Assembly (NCBI GenBank): GCA_017626035.1
Contig: JAGAJR010000010.1
Span: 581-64,580 of the forward strand
Direction of reading: 5' to 3'
DNA from: Alphaproteobacteria bacterium
GTDB lineage: Bacteria; Pseudomonadota; Alphaproteobacteria; RF32; CAG-239
Length of the DNA stretch: 64,000 nucleotides
The notes under the pieces were generated by a model. It did not search any database. It was given only the letters and a program-made list of their open reading frames with translations, and was not told where the DNA came from. This document shows, piece by piece, positions 8,188-19,826 of the stretch. The translations under genes and the position numbers were made by a program. The number at the start of each line of letters is the position of its first letter. Within the stretch, counting starts at the first letter, position 1.

Positions 8188-10647
8188 ATGGTTGATGAAA
8201 CAGTAAACACCCAATCTTCCGATGAAGAATATGAGTATGAATATATTGAGTTGGCCGAAGGCGAAGAGCTCCCGGCTGATGCGGAATATGAGTATGAATA
8301 TATTGAAGTTCCGGCGGAAAGCGTCCCTCATGAAGAGATAACAGATGTTTCTCAGCCAGCGGCAGAGGATGCTGCTTCCGTTGAAATGACAATGGTTGCG
8401 GAACCTGCGGTTAATCCTGTTTCCGAGATTGTTCCGGAGGTACCGGCAGATCCGGTATTCGTTTCTCAGGAAGATACTTCCGGACAAGTTTCCTCCGTGG
8501 TTGAAGAAACGGTGGTTTTGCCTGAAGAAAATATAGCTGTCGCGGCAGTTGAAGAAACCGTTGCAACAGAAGTCTCCGTGCCGCAAGGAGAGGAAATTTC
8601 ATCTGTCGGTTCTGATGTTCCTTTTGTTCCTGAACCGATTGTAACGGAGGAGAAAGCTCAATTAGCCGAAACATTGCCGGAAGATGATAATTCTATGCTG
8701 GAATTATCTCAAAATGAGGAAAGCTTGAGTGAAATGCTGGTGGATGTTTCGGAAAGCGGAAATGTTGTTCAGCCAACTGTGGAAACAGATGTGGATCTTG
8801 AAAGTGAGTTGTTTGGAGCTTCTGCACCGGTTAATATTGATGAAATTCCATTTAATGAGGTTAAGGCACCGGTTTTGGAAGCACAAACATTTTCTGAACC
8901 GGTAACGTCTGTTGAACCGGAGGCAGAAGTTGTTCCCGAGCCGGTTGCCGTTGCCGTACCGGAACCAACACCGGTAGAACCGGCACCGACTGTTGAATCG
9001 GAGGTGGAAGTTGTTCCCGAGCCGGTTGTCGCTGCTGCACCGGAACCAGCAGCGGTAGAACCGGCACCGATTGTTGAATCGGAGGCAGAAGTTGTCCCTG
9101 AACCGGTTGCCGTTGCCGCACTGGAACCAACACCGGTAGAACCGGCACCGACTGTTGAGCCGGGGGCAGAAGTTGTCCCTGAACCGGTTGCCGTTGCCGT
9201 ACCGGAACCAACACCGGTAGAACCGGCACCGGCTGTTGAGCCGGGGGCAGAAGTTGTCCCTGAACTGGTTGTCGTTGCCGTACCGGAACCAACACCGGTA
9301 GAACCGGCACCGGCTGTTGAACCGGAGGCAGAAGTTGTCCCTGAACCGGTTGCCGTTGCCGCACCGGAACCAACACCGGTAGAACCGGCACCGACTGTTG
9401 AACTGGAGGCGGAAGTTGCTCCAGAACCGGTCGATTTGCAGATCGATGAAACGGAAGTTGATGTTATTCAAAATATTTTATCGGGAGAAAATGCGGAGCC
9501 TGTGGAAGTTGAAACGGATATTTCTGCCGTTGAAAATTCAGTTTCCTCACCGATAACAGATTCTGTTCAGGAAACGGCTGTTATTGAAACGATTAATCCG
9601 GAGGAAAATAAAAGTGAAATCTCAGAAGATAAGCAGGAAGCTTTGATTTTAGAGACTATTTCCACGCCGATTGTTCCGCTTGAGGAAATTTCTTCCGAGG
9701 AAGAAATCGTTCGGTTGTCGGAGCCGGAAATTGTCAGTGATGAGGTTTCTTTTCAGGTTTTACCGATAAATGAAGAAAATTATATTTCATATCGGGATGT
9801 TTCTAAAAGTTTCGGCAGGATGTCCGGTGTTCAAACTTTCCAAGGAGATGAAACTCGCAATGTTATTCTTTTGAATGAAATTGATTATAAAGAGAAAGAA
9901 CTGGAATCGTGGAGTATTATTGTTTTCAAAAGTTCTTTGATTTCTCTTCCGGAAGGAAACAGTTCCGTCCGACTTGAAAAGAATACCGAAACAGTAAGGT
10001 ATGCTCGTGTTGTGAAAAACGGTACTCCGGAATTGTCCGTATTTAATGAAGAAGAATTTCATTTGGAACGGAATAACGATGAATTTGTGCAGGGAAAAAA
10101 TCATTTTATTTATGCAAAACCGGGATTCAATACCGGGATTATTGTTAATGATTTTGAGAATATTTCTTTGGCGGACAAGGAAGGGAAGGCGGTTGTCTTC
10201 AATGTTCCGGTTTCAGGAATATTAGCCGGTCCGGGCAATGCAAAGTTGTATTTTGCAAATATTCGGGAAGTTGTTGTGGCAACAGCGGCTTTGGTGCGAG
10301 TGGATGAAGATAAGTTACAGGCTAAAAACGCTAAATGGTACAGCGGTTCCTTAAGCGATAAATATTTTGAATTATCGGCGGGAAGTTCTTCTTGTGAGTT
10401 TATCGGCAATGAAGAGGTACGGAGTATTCATGTTAATGTCGGAACATCTACATACGGTTGGAATGTTACGTTTGACAACGGTATTGTTATGAGTTTTCGC
10501 GATTTACAGGAATTTCAGAATAAACACGGTGCGTTGCCGTCGGCAAACGGGACGATTTCTCACGGTCAGCTGAATTGTAAGTTTAGCAATATTGAGCGGA
10601 TTGTTGTTTATGAGATTCCGCAATATTTTGCTTACGGAAGAATGTAG
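8188..10647 (+). CDS. Large acidic Glu/Pro/Val-rich hypothetical protein with tandem repeats and a globular C-terminal region
   Basis: 819-aa ORF; two EYEYEYIE motifs; 27-aa repeats; no signal peptide or TM helix. Confidence 0.8.
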   Translation: MVDETVNTQSSDEEYEYEYIELAEGEELPADAEYEYEYIEVPAESVPHEEITDVSQPAAEDAASVEMTMVAEPAVNPVSEIVPEVPADPVFVSQEDTSGQVSSVVEETVVLPEENIAVAAVEETVATEVSVPQGEEISSVGSDVPFVPEPIVTEEKAQLAETLPEDDNSMLELSQNEESLSEMLVDVSESGNVVQPTVETDVDLESELFGASAPVNIDEIPFNEVKAPVLEAQTFSEPVTSVEPEAEVVPEPVAVAVPEPTPVEPAPTVESEVEVVPEPVVAAAPEPAAVEPAPIVESEAEVVPEPVAVAALEPTPVEPAPTVEPGAEVVPEPVAVAVPEPTPVEPAPAVEPGAEVVPELVVVAVPEPTPVEPAPAVEPEAEVVPEPVAVAAPEPTPVEPAPTVELEAEVAPEPVDLQIDETEVDVIQNILSGENAEPVEVETDISAVENSVSSPITDSVQETAVIETINPEENKSEISEDKQEALILETISTPIVPLEEISSEEEIVRLSEPEIVSDEVSFQVLPINEENYISYRDVSKSFGRMSGVQTFQGDETRNVILLNEIDYKEKELESWSIIVFKSSLISLPEGNSSVRLEKNTETVRYARVVKNGTPELSVFNEEEFHLERNNDEFVQGKNHFIYAKPGFNTGIIVNDFENISLADKEGKAVVFNVPVSGILAGPGNAKLYFANIREVVVATAALVRVDEDKLQAKNAKWYSGSLSDKYFELSAGSSSCEFIGNEEVRSIHVNVGTSTYGWNVTFDNGIVMSFRDLQEFQNKHGALPSANGTISHGQLNCKFSNIERIVVYEIPQYFAYGRM
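8911..9432 (+). repeat. 81-bp (27-aa) coding tandem repeat, 6 full copies plus a partial copy
   Basis: Unit VEPEAEVVPEPVAVAVPEPTPVEPAPT starting at 8911, 8992, 9073, 9154, 9235, 9316 and 9397 (partial). Confidence 0.92.
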
Positions 10648-10664
10648 GGCTAATCATAAAATGC

Positions 10665-10706
10665 AACAAAGCGTTTTCCCCATCAGAGGAAAACGCTTTG
10701 TTTTTT
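10665..10706. terminator. Bidirectional terminator between convergent genes
   Basis: AACAAAGCGTTTTCC ... GGAAAACGCTTTGTT inverted repeat. Confidence 0.8.
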
Positions 10707-10718
10707 GTGCGATAGCAA

Positions 10719-11792
10719 TTAAGCTCTGAAACGCCAGAGGATTTCCACCAGTTTAGGATTTCCGGAAATCAGGCAGTCGATGTTATCGTTTGCCGCTCCG
10801 TTTTCCACAATCTCGTAGCGGATAACCTTTTCTGCCGTGCTCAGTTCCCCTTGGGAGAGAAAGTGAATGATTGCCGATGTGCAGAGTTTTTTCCCTACTC
10901 GATGATACTCTTCATATTGAGGAAGAGACATCAAGATTTGATTTTCCGGGAAAATCTCTTCGTCCTTCAGCGTGTTGCAGAACTTTCTCCAGGTGTTTGT
11001 ATCCTTCTGTCCCAGGAGGATAGCTTGTTTCTGACCGTAGGAGCTTAGTGCTGTTTTGACCTTGCTTTGCATATCTTCAACAAATTCTTTGTCTTTGAAA
11101 AGTTTGTTGATGATGTTTGCAGGCAGGCTTCTCTGCTGTGCAATGTTACACAGCAAGTTGAGAGCAGGATTGTTTTTCAGCTCTTTTTTCTCAACAGCAT
11201 GTTTTACAATTCTTTCCAGCATTTTTTCCGAAGGAGTGTATGTGTTCAGGTATTTTACAACACTACTCCATTCTTCATTATATACCAGAATGGAAAATTG
11301 CTCGAGACTCAACGAACCCATGTGCGGCAGAAGCAGTGCTCGAATACCGTTTCCGTAGCATAACCAAACTTGGTCTTTTGCTTTTTTACTGAGCCAGTTT
11401 TTATCAATAATATCGGCTTGATCCGATGTCCTGAAAAATTTGAGCTCTTGTTCAAAAGTTGCCTCATCCAGTTGAGAGGCGGCCAAGAATTCTTTTTTGC
11501 ATCGCCAGGGGAGCAGAAAGCGGAAAATCCGGTTTAAGTCCCAGAAGAATTCTCTGGTGAGTTCTACCGGATCCGGTTTTTCGCCGCGTTTTCCTCTCAG
11601 GCTTTTGGCGGCAGATGCCGGTGCGATGAGAGCCCATACCCAGAAGGTGATGGGGTTGTAGATAACCAGGAAAATCGCGAATACGAATACCATAACGATG
11701 ATGAAGAGAAGACCCAGACCACAGTTAGCCATGAAGTTCAGAGTGCTTTTTGCGATTGCGATCGCTTTTGAAGAAAATGTTTTTTTGTCCAT
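10719..11792 (-). CDS. Hypothetical membrane-anchored protein
   Basis: 357-aa ORF; N-terminal hydrophobic segment(s) followed by a helical soluble region. Confidence 0.7.
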   Translation of the reverse strand: MDKKTFSSKAIAIAKSTLNFMANCGLGLLFIIVMVFVFAIFLVIYNPITFWVWALIAPASAAKSLRGKRGEKPDPVELTREFFWDLNRIFRFLLPWRCKKEFLAASQLDEATFEQELKFFRTSDQADIIDKNWLSKKAKDQVWLCYGNGIRALLLPHMGSLSLEQFSILVYNEEWSSVVKYLNTYTPSEKMLERIVKHAVEKKELKNNPALNLLCNIAQQRSLPANIINKLFKDKEFVEDMQSKVKTALSSYGQKQAILLGQKDTNTWRKFCNTLKDEEIFPENQILMSLPQYEEYHRVGKKLCTSAIIHFLSQGELSTAEKVIRYEIVENGAANDNIDCLISGNPKLVEILWRFRA

Positions 11793-12002
11793 CTTATTAT
11801 ATGTTTAGATGGTTGCTTCAATGTTCCGATTGAAGTGAATGAGTTATTTGCCCTGAGAACATCCTTGAAAAATTCAAGCAAGACAAAAGCCATGTCAGGA
11901 TTTCTACGTTCAGCTTCGTTTCATCGAAATTTTGAGGCGAACCCAAAAAAACAACGACTCTTCGACCAAAATAGTAGACATATCCTTAAATAACTGGATA
12001 CT

Positions 12003-12031
12003 ATCATACTTTATTTCGTCTTTTTTGTCAA
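12003..12031 (-). promoter_or_regulatory. Near-consensus sigma70 promoter about 210 bp upstream of the 11792 start
   Basis: Minus strand TTGACA-17 bp-TATGAT. Confidence 0.65.
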
Positions 12032-12053
12032 TAAATATTGGGCCGCGATTTTA

Positions 12054-12923
12054 TTATTTTTTTATCGGGAATATTTGGACATCGGTATTTATGGTTTCCG
12101 TAATTTCTTCGACTTTTTGCGGAAGAGCTTCGTCAAGGTATTGTTGGGCATTGTTTAATGCTTTCGGCATTGATTTAGCTTTTAATACCGGGCTGAGCGG
12201 ATATGCATCTTTAGGAAAACGCAGCATCATATATCCGGAACCGCCGCCGAATGCCGGTCCGGAGAGGCCGATAGAATAATAACCGCCGATGTAGCCGTAG
12301 TCTAAATCAATATAGTCAATGGCAAACAGAGTTTTGACGCTGGTTTGTCCGATTGTGGTCATTTTGCAGGTATAACCGCCGTCTTCCATGATGATGTTGT
12401 TAACGTCCTTAACGTATACCAATGCGTTGGAAGGGAAACATTCCGGAGATTGTCCGTTATAAGTCAGGTTATAGTTTAAAATAACGTTCAACGTATTGTT
12501 TCTTTTAACGTTGACATCGGTTATTTTGGCCGAATCAATGTAAGCGTATGCCGGTGTAATGCCGACTTTAACCGGTATGGTAATAAAGTTTTCCAGGCAG
12601 GCGTGCGTATAAGCATCCGCTTCGCAAACGAGGAGTTTCTGATGGTTGTTGTTGTTAAGCAGTTGGAGCAGGCTGTTATAAATGTATTCCTTGCTCATGG
12701 AAAGTTTGGCGGGAGCACATTGTTTGGAGCGGCAGACAACAACGGAGCCGGGATTTTGGATTTTAGCCTGAACGTAAGTTTTGTCAGAAGCGAAAGGATG
12801 ACGGATAATGTCTCCAAAGCTGCGGTTCTGCCAGTTGCAGCCGGCTACGGCCAAACACAGAAGCCCGTAAATCAAAGATTTATTGGTTTTATCAGACACG
12901 GTATTTAAAACCTCTATTTGCAA
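12054..12923 (-). CDS. Hypothetical Cys-containing lipoprotein
   Basis: Lipobox LAVAG-C after a hydrophobic stretch; 289-aa ORF. Confidence 0.65.
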   Translation of the reverse strand: MQIEVLNTVSDKTNKSLIYGLLCLAVAGCNWQNRSFGDIIRHPFASDKTYVQAKIQNPGSVVVCRSKQCAPAKLSMSKEYIYNSLLQLLNNNNHQKLLVCEADAYTHACLENFITIPVKVGITPAYAYIDSAKITDVNVKRNNTLNVILNYNLTYNGQSPECFPSNALVYVKDVNNIIMEDGGYTCKMTTIGQTSVKTLFAIDYIDLDYGYIGGYYSIGLSGPAFGGGSGYMMLRFPKDAYPLSPVLKAKSMPKALNNAQQYLDEALPQKVEEITETINTDVQIFPIKK

Positions 12924-13043
12924 ATAAATTTAAACTGTCCTTATCATAAGCTAAACTTTATCAAACAACAAAGTTTTTTTTCAGGTTATTCAGCGTATTT
13001 TTAGTGAAAAGAAACGTTTTTTTACCATATCTTCAAACTCCCG

Positions 13044-13547
13044 ATGTTTAATGAATGCAATTTAGAGATATGCGAATGGAGTAAACGTTTGAAAAAAAGA
13101 TTTTGTTTGGTATTGGCGGCGGTTCTTTTTCCGATGTCTGTTTCCGCCGGCGTCTATGTTAAAGACGGGGACAGTTTGTCGTTAAACGGTAGGGAGATTC
13201 GCCTGTTGGGAATTGATGCCCCGGAATATCGGCAGGTTTGTGATGATGCTTCCGGCCGGAAATATGATTGCGGAGAAAAAGCCAAAGACTATTTGAAGTC
13301 GCTGGTTAAGGGGAAAAAAGTCAGCTGTCGGAAAATTGCCGTTGATATTTATAAAAGAGAATTGAGCAAATGTTATGCCGGGAAGATTTATCTTAACAGA
13401 AAAATGCTTGAGGCGGGCTGGGCCGTTGTTTATAGGAGCAAAAACAAGAGGTATAAAGAATGGGAGAATGAGGCCAGAGAAAACAAAAGGGGAATGTGGC
13501 AGGGGAAGTTTATGCGTCCGGAGCTGCACAGAATCTTAAATAAATGA
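13044..13547 (+). CDS. Thermonuclease (SNase-like) family protein, exported
   Basis: DGDSL, IRLLGIDAPE, D.YKRELS, N..ML..GWA, AR..KRGMW motifs; signal-like N-terminus. Confidence 0.9.
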   Translation: MFNECNLEICEWSKRLKKRFCLVLAAVLFPMSVSAGVYVKDGDSLSLNGREIRLLGIDAPEYRQVCDDASGRKYDCGEKAKDYLKSLVKGKKVSCRKIAVDIYKRELSKCYAGKIYLNRKMLEAGWAVVYRSKNKRYKEWENEARENKRGMWQGKFMRPELHRILNK

Positions 13548-13654
13548 AGAAAAGATTAAATTTTGGCTAAATTATAGTTGACAGCTTAAAAATCTTATGT
13601 ATATTGCAAAGCAACGTTTTATGTTTAAAATAATCTAAAATTAGGTGAATGAAA

Positions 13655-13957
13655 ATGTACGCAGTAATTAAAACAGGCGGAAAACAATACAAAGTGGCAT
13701 CTGGTGATGTTGTAAAAATTGAAAAAATCGCCGGTGAAGAAGGTAAAGAAGTTGTCTTCAACGAAGTTTTGGCAATGGGTGATACCGTTGGCACTCCTTT
13801 GGTTGCAGGTGCTTCCGTTAAAGCTCTTGTATTGAAGCAAGCTAAAGACGCTAAAGTTATTGTTTTCAAAAAGAAAAGAAGACAAAACTATCGTCGTAAA
13901 AACGGCCACAGACAAAACATCACATTAGTTAAAATCACTGATGTTTGCGGCAAATAA
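13655..13957 (+). CDS. rplU: 50S ribosomal protein L21
   Basis: MYAVIKTGGKQYKV...KKKRRQNYRRKNGHRQ. Confidence 0.98.
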   Translation: MYAVIKTGGKQYKVASGDVVKIEKIAGEEGKEVVFNEVLAMGDTVGTPLVAGASVKALVLKQAKDAKVIVFKKKRRQNYRRKNGHRQNITLVKITDVCGK

Positions 13958-13978
13958 TTGAGTTTAGGAGAATAAGTT

Positions 13979-15432
<1,454 letters not shown>

Positions 15433-15450
15433 TGTTAAGGAGTTGGAAGA

Positions 15451-15822
15451 TTGGTTAAAACAGCTGCGAAAAAAATTGAAACAAGTGCAGAAGACAGAAT
15501 TTTAGAAATTATTACTTCGACTTTGGATGACGGAAAAGCGGAAGATGTAACGGTTATTGATTTGAAGGGAAAGACTTCCATTGCCAATCAGATGGTGGTT
15601 GCCAGCGGGACTTCGCAGCGTCATGTTGCTTCTTTGGCTGAGAAAATTAAGGAAAATCTGAAAGCGGAAGGCTTTAAGTCCGTGAGTGAAGGCGAGGAAA
15701 GAGCCGATTGGGTTTTGATAGACGCTTTTGATGTGATTGTGCATATTTTCAAGCCGGAAGTTCGCGAGTTTTATAATCTTGAAAAAATGTGGAATGCAAT
15801 TGCCAATATTCGTGATGAATAA
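15451..15822 (+). CDS. rsfS: Ribosome silencing factor RsfS
   Basis: LDDGKAEDV..IDL, SGTSQRHV, WVLIDAFDVIVHIF..E.REFYNLEKMW. Confidence 0.95.
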   Translation: MVKTAAKKIETSAEDRILEIITSTLDDGKAEDVTVIDLKGKTSIANQMVVASGTSQRHVASLAEKIKENLKAEGFKSVSEGEERADWVLIDAFDVIVHIFKPEVREFYNLEKMWNAIANIRDE

Positions 15823-15824
15823 AT

Positions 15825-15857
15825 AAAAAAGCGGTTCTGTTGAGAGCCGCTTTTTTT
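15825..15857. terminator. Bidirectional terminator
   Basis: AAAAAAGCGGTTCT-GTTG-AGAGCCGCTTTTTTT. Confidence 0.75.
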
Positions 15858-15903
15858 GTAAATCGTTAATGTTAATTCTCTGATTTTTTAGATGTTCATG
15901 ATT

Positions 15904-16383
15904 TTAGGGGATGTTTGCAATAGTTTCGGCGAAGTCCCATAATTGGCAGAATACCTGGTGAGTTATGCCATTGTATGTATCTGTTTGGAAGTAATTCAGG
16001 TTTTGGTTTTTATACCAAAAATCCTCGTCATCTAAGACAATATGGTATTTGACCTGATATTTTTCCAGTATTTGATTGATGTAACAATGGCGGTTTGTGC
16101 GAACAGGAATGATTTCTTCCTCGGGATGCAAATCCAAGTTGTCAATTCCGTAAACATTTACAAACATTTTTTTGAGTCCTTCTTTGCTATAGTTTCCGGG
16201 CGTGGAAGATATCGGGATAAAATAAGCCGGTATCTTTGCTTTCCAGGCAATGCAGGAGAGAACTCTCATCATGGAGTGGCTGAAAGGAGCTTTTTTTCGG
16301 TTATGATAAAAAGGGAAGTTTTCGGCGAAAGTCTTTACGACACCGTCGTAGTCGACAAACATATATAAATGTGAAGCATCCAT
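15904..16383 (-). CDS. HAD-superfamily protein (HAD_SAK_2-like)
   Basis: FVDYDGV motif I, ISST motif II, IVLDDED motif IV, terminal T...GIT. Confidence 0.65.
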   Translation of the reverse strand: MDASHLYMFVDYDGVVKTFAENFPFYHNRKKAPFSHSMMRVLSCIAWKAKIPAYFIPISSTPGNYSKEGLKKMFVNVYGIDNLDLHPEEEIIPVRTNRHCYINQILEKYQVKYHIVLDDEDFWYKNQNLNYFQTDTYNGITHQVFCQLWDFAETIANIP

Positions 16384-16442
16384 ATTTTTGCAGTTTTATA
16401 ATAAGTTTGTTACTTGTTTTTTTTATACCGCTATAAACATTG

Positions 16443-16898
16443 TCATAGACCTCGTGATACAATCCAAACCAAAAATCCGATGAGAACGGTATAGTATAAT
16501 ACGGTCCAAAGCCAATGTTCATTTTTCAGGATAATGATGTTTTTGGTGTTGCACCAAATACGTTTGTCCATAAACAGGATTTCTTGTTCGTCTTTTTTCA
16601 CAAAGAAAACACCTTCCGTATCATCATACATCCAAGCGTTGAAAGGAGCCCACATAATATTGGGGTCGTCTTCTTCCACATAATTCAGATGTTGAGCCGA
16701 AATTTTCTTGTTCAGAATATCAGAAAGCATTTGGGCTGCCTGTTCGGCATTACTGAACTTTTCCTTTGCATTGCAGATGTGTAACGGATAAACCGGGCGT
16801 TGGCTGTTATCCCCTTCGTAAAAAGCTTTATCGTTTTGTTTTAAGTACAAGACAATACGAGCCGCAATCAGATTTCTTTTAATAATATTCATACGCAT
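16443..16898 (-). CDS. Hypothetical protein with C-terminal TM helix
   Basis: 151-aa ORF with a hydrophobic C-terminus. Confidence 0.55.
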   Translation of the reverse strand: MRMNIIKRNLIAARIVLYLKQNDKAFYEGDNSQRPVYPLHICNAKEKFSNAEQAAQMLSDILNKKISAQHLNYVEEDDPNIMWAPFNAWMYDDTEGVFFVKKDEQEILFMDKRIWCNTKNIIILKNEHWLWTVLYYTVLIGFLVWIVSRGL

Positions 16899-17017
16899 TA
16901 TTTTTAGTTGTTATAATAATCAATTCAATCGGTTTAAAATCTATTCTTTTTTGTCTAATTGTCAAGAGGTATTGACGTTGTTGTCCTTTAAGTATAAAAG
17001 AAAAACAGAGGTGAATA

Positions 17018-17458
17018 ATGAAAGTAACGATTACCGCCATTGGCAAATGCAAAAAAAATTCTCCGGAAGCAATGATTATTGAGGAATATGTTAAGCGTTC
17101 CGGTTGGGATATTGTCATCAAAGAAAAAGATAATTCTACACAAGAAGATGAGGCTCGTTTTCTGCAATCTTCCATTCCTCACAGAGCCAAAGTAATCGTT
17201 TTGGATGAACGCGGCGAAAATATGAAAAGCATTGACTTGGCTAAAAAAGTTGAAAATTGGCAAATTAACGGCTGTTCGGAGCTTTGTTTTTTAATCGGTG
17301 GTGCGGACGGGCATCTTCAATCAACCCGGGATAAAGCAGATTTACTTCTCTCCTTTGGCAAGCTGACACTTCCGCATATGTTAATGCGAGCCGTTCTCTC
17401 GGAACAAATTTACCGTATTCAGACGATTATACAGCATCATCCTTATCACAGAGAGTAA
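17018..17458 (+). CDS. rlmH: 23S rRNA pseudouridine-1915 N3-methyltransferase
   Basis: LDERG, FLIGGADG, LSFGKLTLPH.L.R..L.EQIYR...HPYHRE. Confidence 0.96.
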   Translation: MKVTITAIGKCKKNSPEAMIIEEYVKRSGWDIVIKEKDNSTQEDEARFLQSSIPHRAKVIVLDERGENMKSIDLAKKVENWQINGCSELCFLIGGADGHLQSTRDKADLLLSFGKLTLPHMLMRAVLSEQIYRIQTIIQHHPYHRE

Positions 17459-17583
17459 AAAATCCGTATAACGGGGAACTAATACAGAAATAGCAGATAA
17501 AATGCTCGGTCATGTACTATTGGGTACACTCCCTCACATTTTTCTTTATTTCTTATTATTTCCCTCGTTCTCCGGATTTTTTA
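17456..17583. repeat. 128-bp palindromic (MITE/ERIC/RPE-like) element
   Basis: Perfect 11-bp terminal inverted repeats TAAAAAATCCG / CGGATTTTTTA, a long imperfect stem and a central GTCATGTAC-TATTGG-GTACACTCC core. Confidence 0.7.
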
Positions 17584-17590
17584 TGTTGTC

Positions 17591-17775
17591 TAATACAGAT
17601 TGGTCGAGTTGAAAGTTTCCTCACGTACTTCTCAGGCATCTAAGTTTGTTATCGCTGTTATTTTACAGCTCAACTCACTAAGATTTTCTGAGATGTTACA
17701 GATAAAACAGTAACGTTGGTTACAGTTTTACTTAGCCATTGTACGCTGCGGTACTTTCACTCTTCAATCTTATTA
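17591..17775. repeat. About 185-bp palindromic element with an enlarged internal loop
   Basis: TAATACAGATTG..GAGTTGAAAGT pairs with ACTTTCACTC..CAATCTTATTA; core TCCTCACGTAC ... TGTACGCTGCGG encloses about 110 bp that itself pairs imperfectly. Confidence 0.6.
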
Positions 17776-17831
17776 TATGACTCATTCTCCGAGTTTTTGT
17801 AAAAACTTGTTTTAAAAGAGGATAATCGTTC

Positions 17832-19817
17832 TTAAGAGAATTTCATTGCCAATTGCTCAAGTTCTTTGATTTTATCGCGGTAGATGACGGCCTCTTCAAA
17901 TTCAAGGTTTTGGGCAGCTTCTCTCATCTTTTTATTATATTCCCTCAATTTTTTATCAATGTTTTTGATTTCTTCCGGATTTGGAGTGTCGTCTTTGTTA
18001 AAATCGGTTTCGGTCATTTCTTTTAAGGTGGAAGAAATGCTTTTCTTAATGGTTTTAGGAATGATACCGTGTTCGGCATTAAATTTGAGTTGTTTTTCAC
18101 GGCGGCGGTTGGTTTCATCTAGAGCTTGTTTTATGGAGCCGGTAATTTTATCGGCGTAAAGAATGACTTTACCTTCCGCATTGCGGGCAGCCCTTCCGAT
18201 AGTTTGAATAAGTGAGCGGTTGGAACGCAAAAATCCTTCTTTGTCGGCGTCCAGAATTGCCACTAAGGAACATTCCGGAATGTCTAAGCCTTCTCGCAGC
18301 AGGTTGATGCCGACAAGGACATCAAAAACGCCCAGACGCAAATCTCGGATAATTTCTATTCTTTCCAGAGTGTCAATGTCAGAATGCAGATAACGGACTT
18401 TAATCCCGTTGTCATTCAAATATTCTGTCAGGTCTTCGGCCATTTTTTTTGTGAGGGTTGTTACCAAGACCCTTTCGCCTTTGGCAATGACTTTGCGACA
18501 CTCTTCCATTAGGTCGTCAATTTGGTTTTCTACCGGGCGAACCAAGCATATCGGGTCAGCCAATCCGGTCGGACGAATAATTTGTTCGGTAAAGACGCCC
18601 CGGCTTTGTTCCAGTTCCCAATCTCCGGGGGTGGCTGAAACAAAAATCGTCTGTCCCCGCATTTGATTCCATTCATCGAATTTGAGCGGTCGGTTGTCAA
18701 CACAAGACGGCAGGCGGAAACCGTATTCGGAAAGGGTATGTTTGCGATTATAGTCGCCGCGATACATTCCGCCTATCTGAGGAACGGAAATATGGCTTTC
18801 ATCGATAAAAATCAGAGCATTAGGCGGAAGATATTCAAACAATGTCGGCGGAGGAGCTCCGGCAGGGCGTCCGGTCAGGTATCTTGAGTAGTTCTCAATT
18901 CCTTTGCAGTGTCCGGTTGTGTCAAGCATTTCCAAATCGAATCTGGTTCTTTGTTCTATTCTTTGGGCTTCAAGGAATTTGTTTTGGCTTTTGAATTCTT
19001 CCAGGCGTTCGTTCAATTCTTCCTTGATATGAACCATGGCTTGCGATAAAGCCGGACGCGGGGTTACATAATGGTTGGCCGGATAAACGACGATTTCTTT
19101 TAAATCAGCCGTCTTTTTTCCAGTTAGAGAATCGAATTCATGGATACTTTCAATTTCGTCTCCGAAAAAAGATATTCTCCATGCCCGGTCTTCATAGTGG
19201 GCTGGGAATATGTCCAGGGTGTCTCCCTGTACCCTGAAGGTGCTGCGGACGAAGTTTTGCTGGTTTCGTTCATATTGGAGTTCCGTCAGTTTCCGGTAAA
19301 TTTCTTTGGGTTCGATTTCATCTCCGACTTGTAAAGGGATGGTCATGCTGGAATAAGATTCCACATCGCCCAAACCGTAAATGCAGGAAACCGATGCAAT
19401 AATGATAACGTCGTTGCTTTCCAAAATGCTGCGAGTGGCCGAGTTTCTCATCCGGTCAATTTGTTCATTGATGGCAGAATCTTTCTCAATATAAGTGTCG
19501 GTTTTGGGAACGTAAGCTTCCGGTTGATAATAGTCATAATAGGAGACGAAATATTCCACTTTATTGTTGGGAAAAAACTCTTTCATTTCCGAGTATAGCT
19601 GGGCAGCCAGAATCTTATTCGGAGCCATAATCAATGCCGGTCGCTGGCACTGCTCAATGACTTTTGCCATAGTAAAAGTTTTACCGCTTCCGGTTACGCC
19701 GAGCAAGACCTGGTTTTTGTCGCCTCGTTCTATTCCTTCGCAAAGTTCCTTAATCGCCTGAGGCTGGTCTCCGGCGGGGGAATACGGGCTTTCTATCTTA
19801 AAGCGGTTTTGTATCAT
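17832..19817 (-). CDS. uvrB: Excinuclease ABC subunit B
   Basis: [40 protein letters not shown]-terminal UVR domain. Confidence 0.98.
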   Translation of the reverse strand: MIQNRFKIESPYSPAGDQPQAIKELCEGIERGDKNQVLLGVTGSGKTFTMAKVIEQCQRPALIMAPNKILAAQLYSEMKEFFPNNKVEYFVSYYDYYQPEAYVPKTDTYIEKDSAINEQIDRMRNSATRSILESNDVIIIASVSCIYGLGDVESYSSMTIPLQVGDEIEPKEIYRKLTELQYERNQQNFVRSTFRVQGDTLDIFPAHYEDRAWRISFFGDEIESIHEFDSLTGKKTADLKEIVVYPANHYVTPRPALSQAMVHIKEELNERLEEFKSQNKFLEAQRIEQRTRFDLEMLDTTGHCKGIENYSRYLTGRPAGAPPPTLFEYLPPNALIFIDESHISVPQIGGMYRGDYNRKHTLSEYGFRLPSCVDNRPLKFDEWNQMRGQTIFVSATPGDWELEQSRGVFTEQIIRPTGLADPICLVRPVENQIDDLMEECRKVIAKGERVLVTTLTKKMAEDLTEYLNDNGIKVRYLHSDIDTLERIEIIRDLRLGVFDVLVGINLLREGLDIPECSLVAILDADKEGFLRSNRSLIQTIGRAARNAEGKVILYADKITGSIKQALDETNRRREKQLKFNAEHGIIPKTIKKSISSTLKEMTETDFNKDDTPNPEEIKNIDKKLREYNKKMREAAQNLEFEEAVIYRDKIKELEQLAMKFS

Positions 19818-19826
19818 TTTGGTTCT

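Noticed and set aside
8911-9432. 81-bp repeats as a CRISPR array
   Set aside because: There are no unique spacers, the repeats are in-frame coding units, and no cas genes are present
8704-9471. Antisense ORFs 8704-9471 and 8861-9391 with repetitive translation
   Set aside because: They are shadows of the coding repeat on the plus strand
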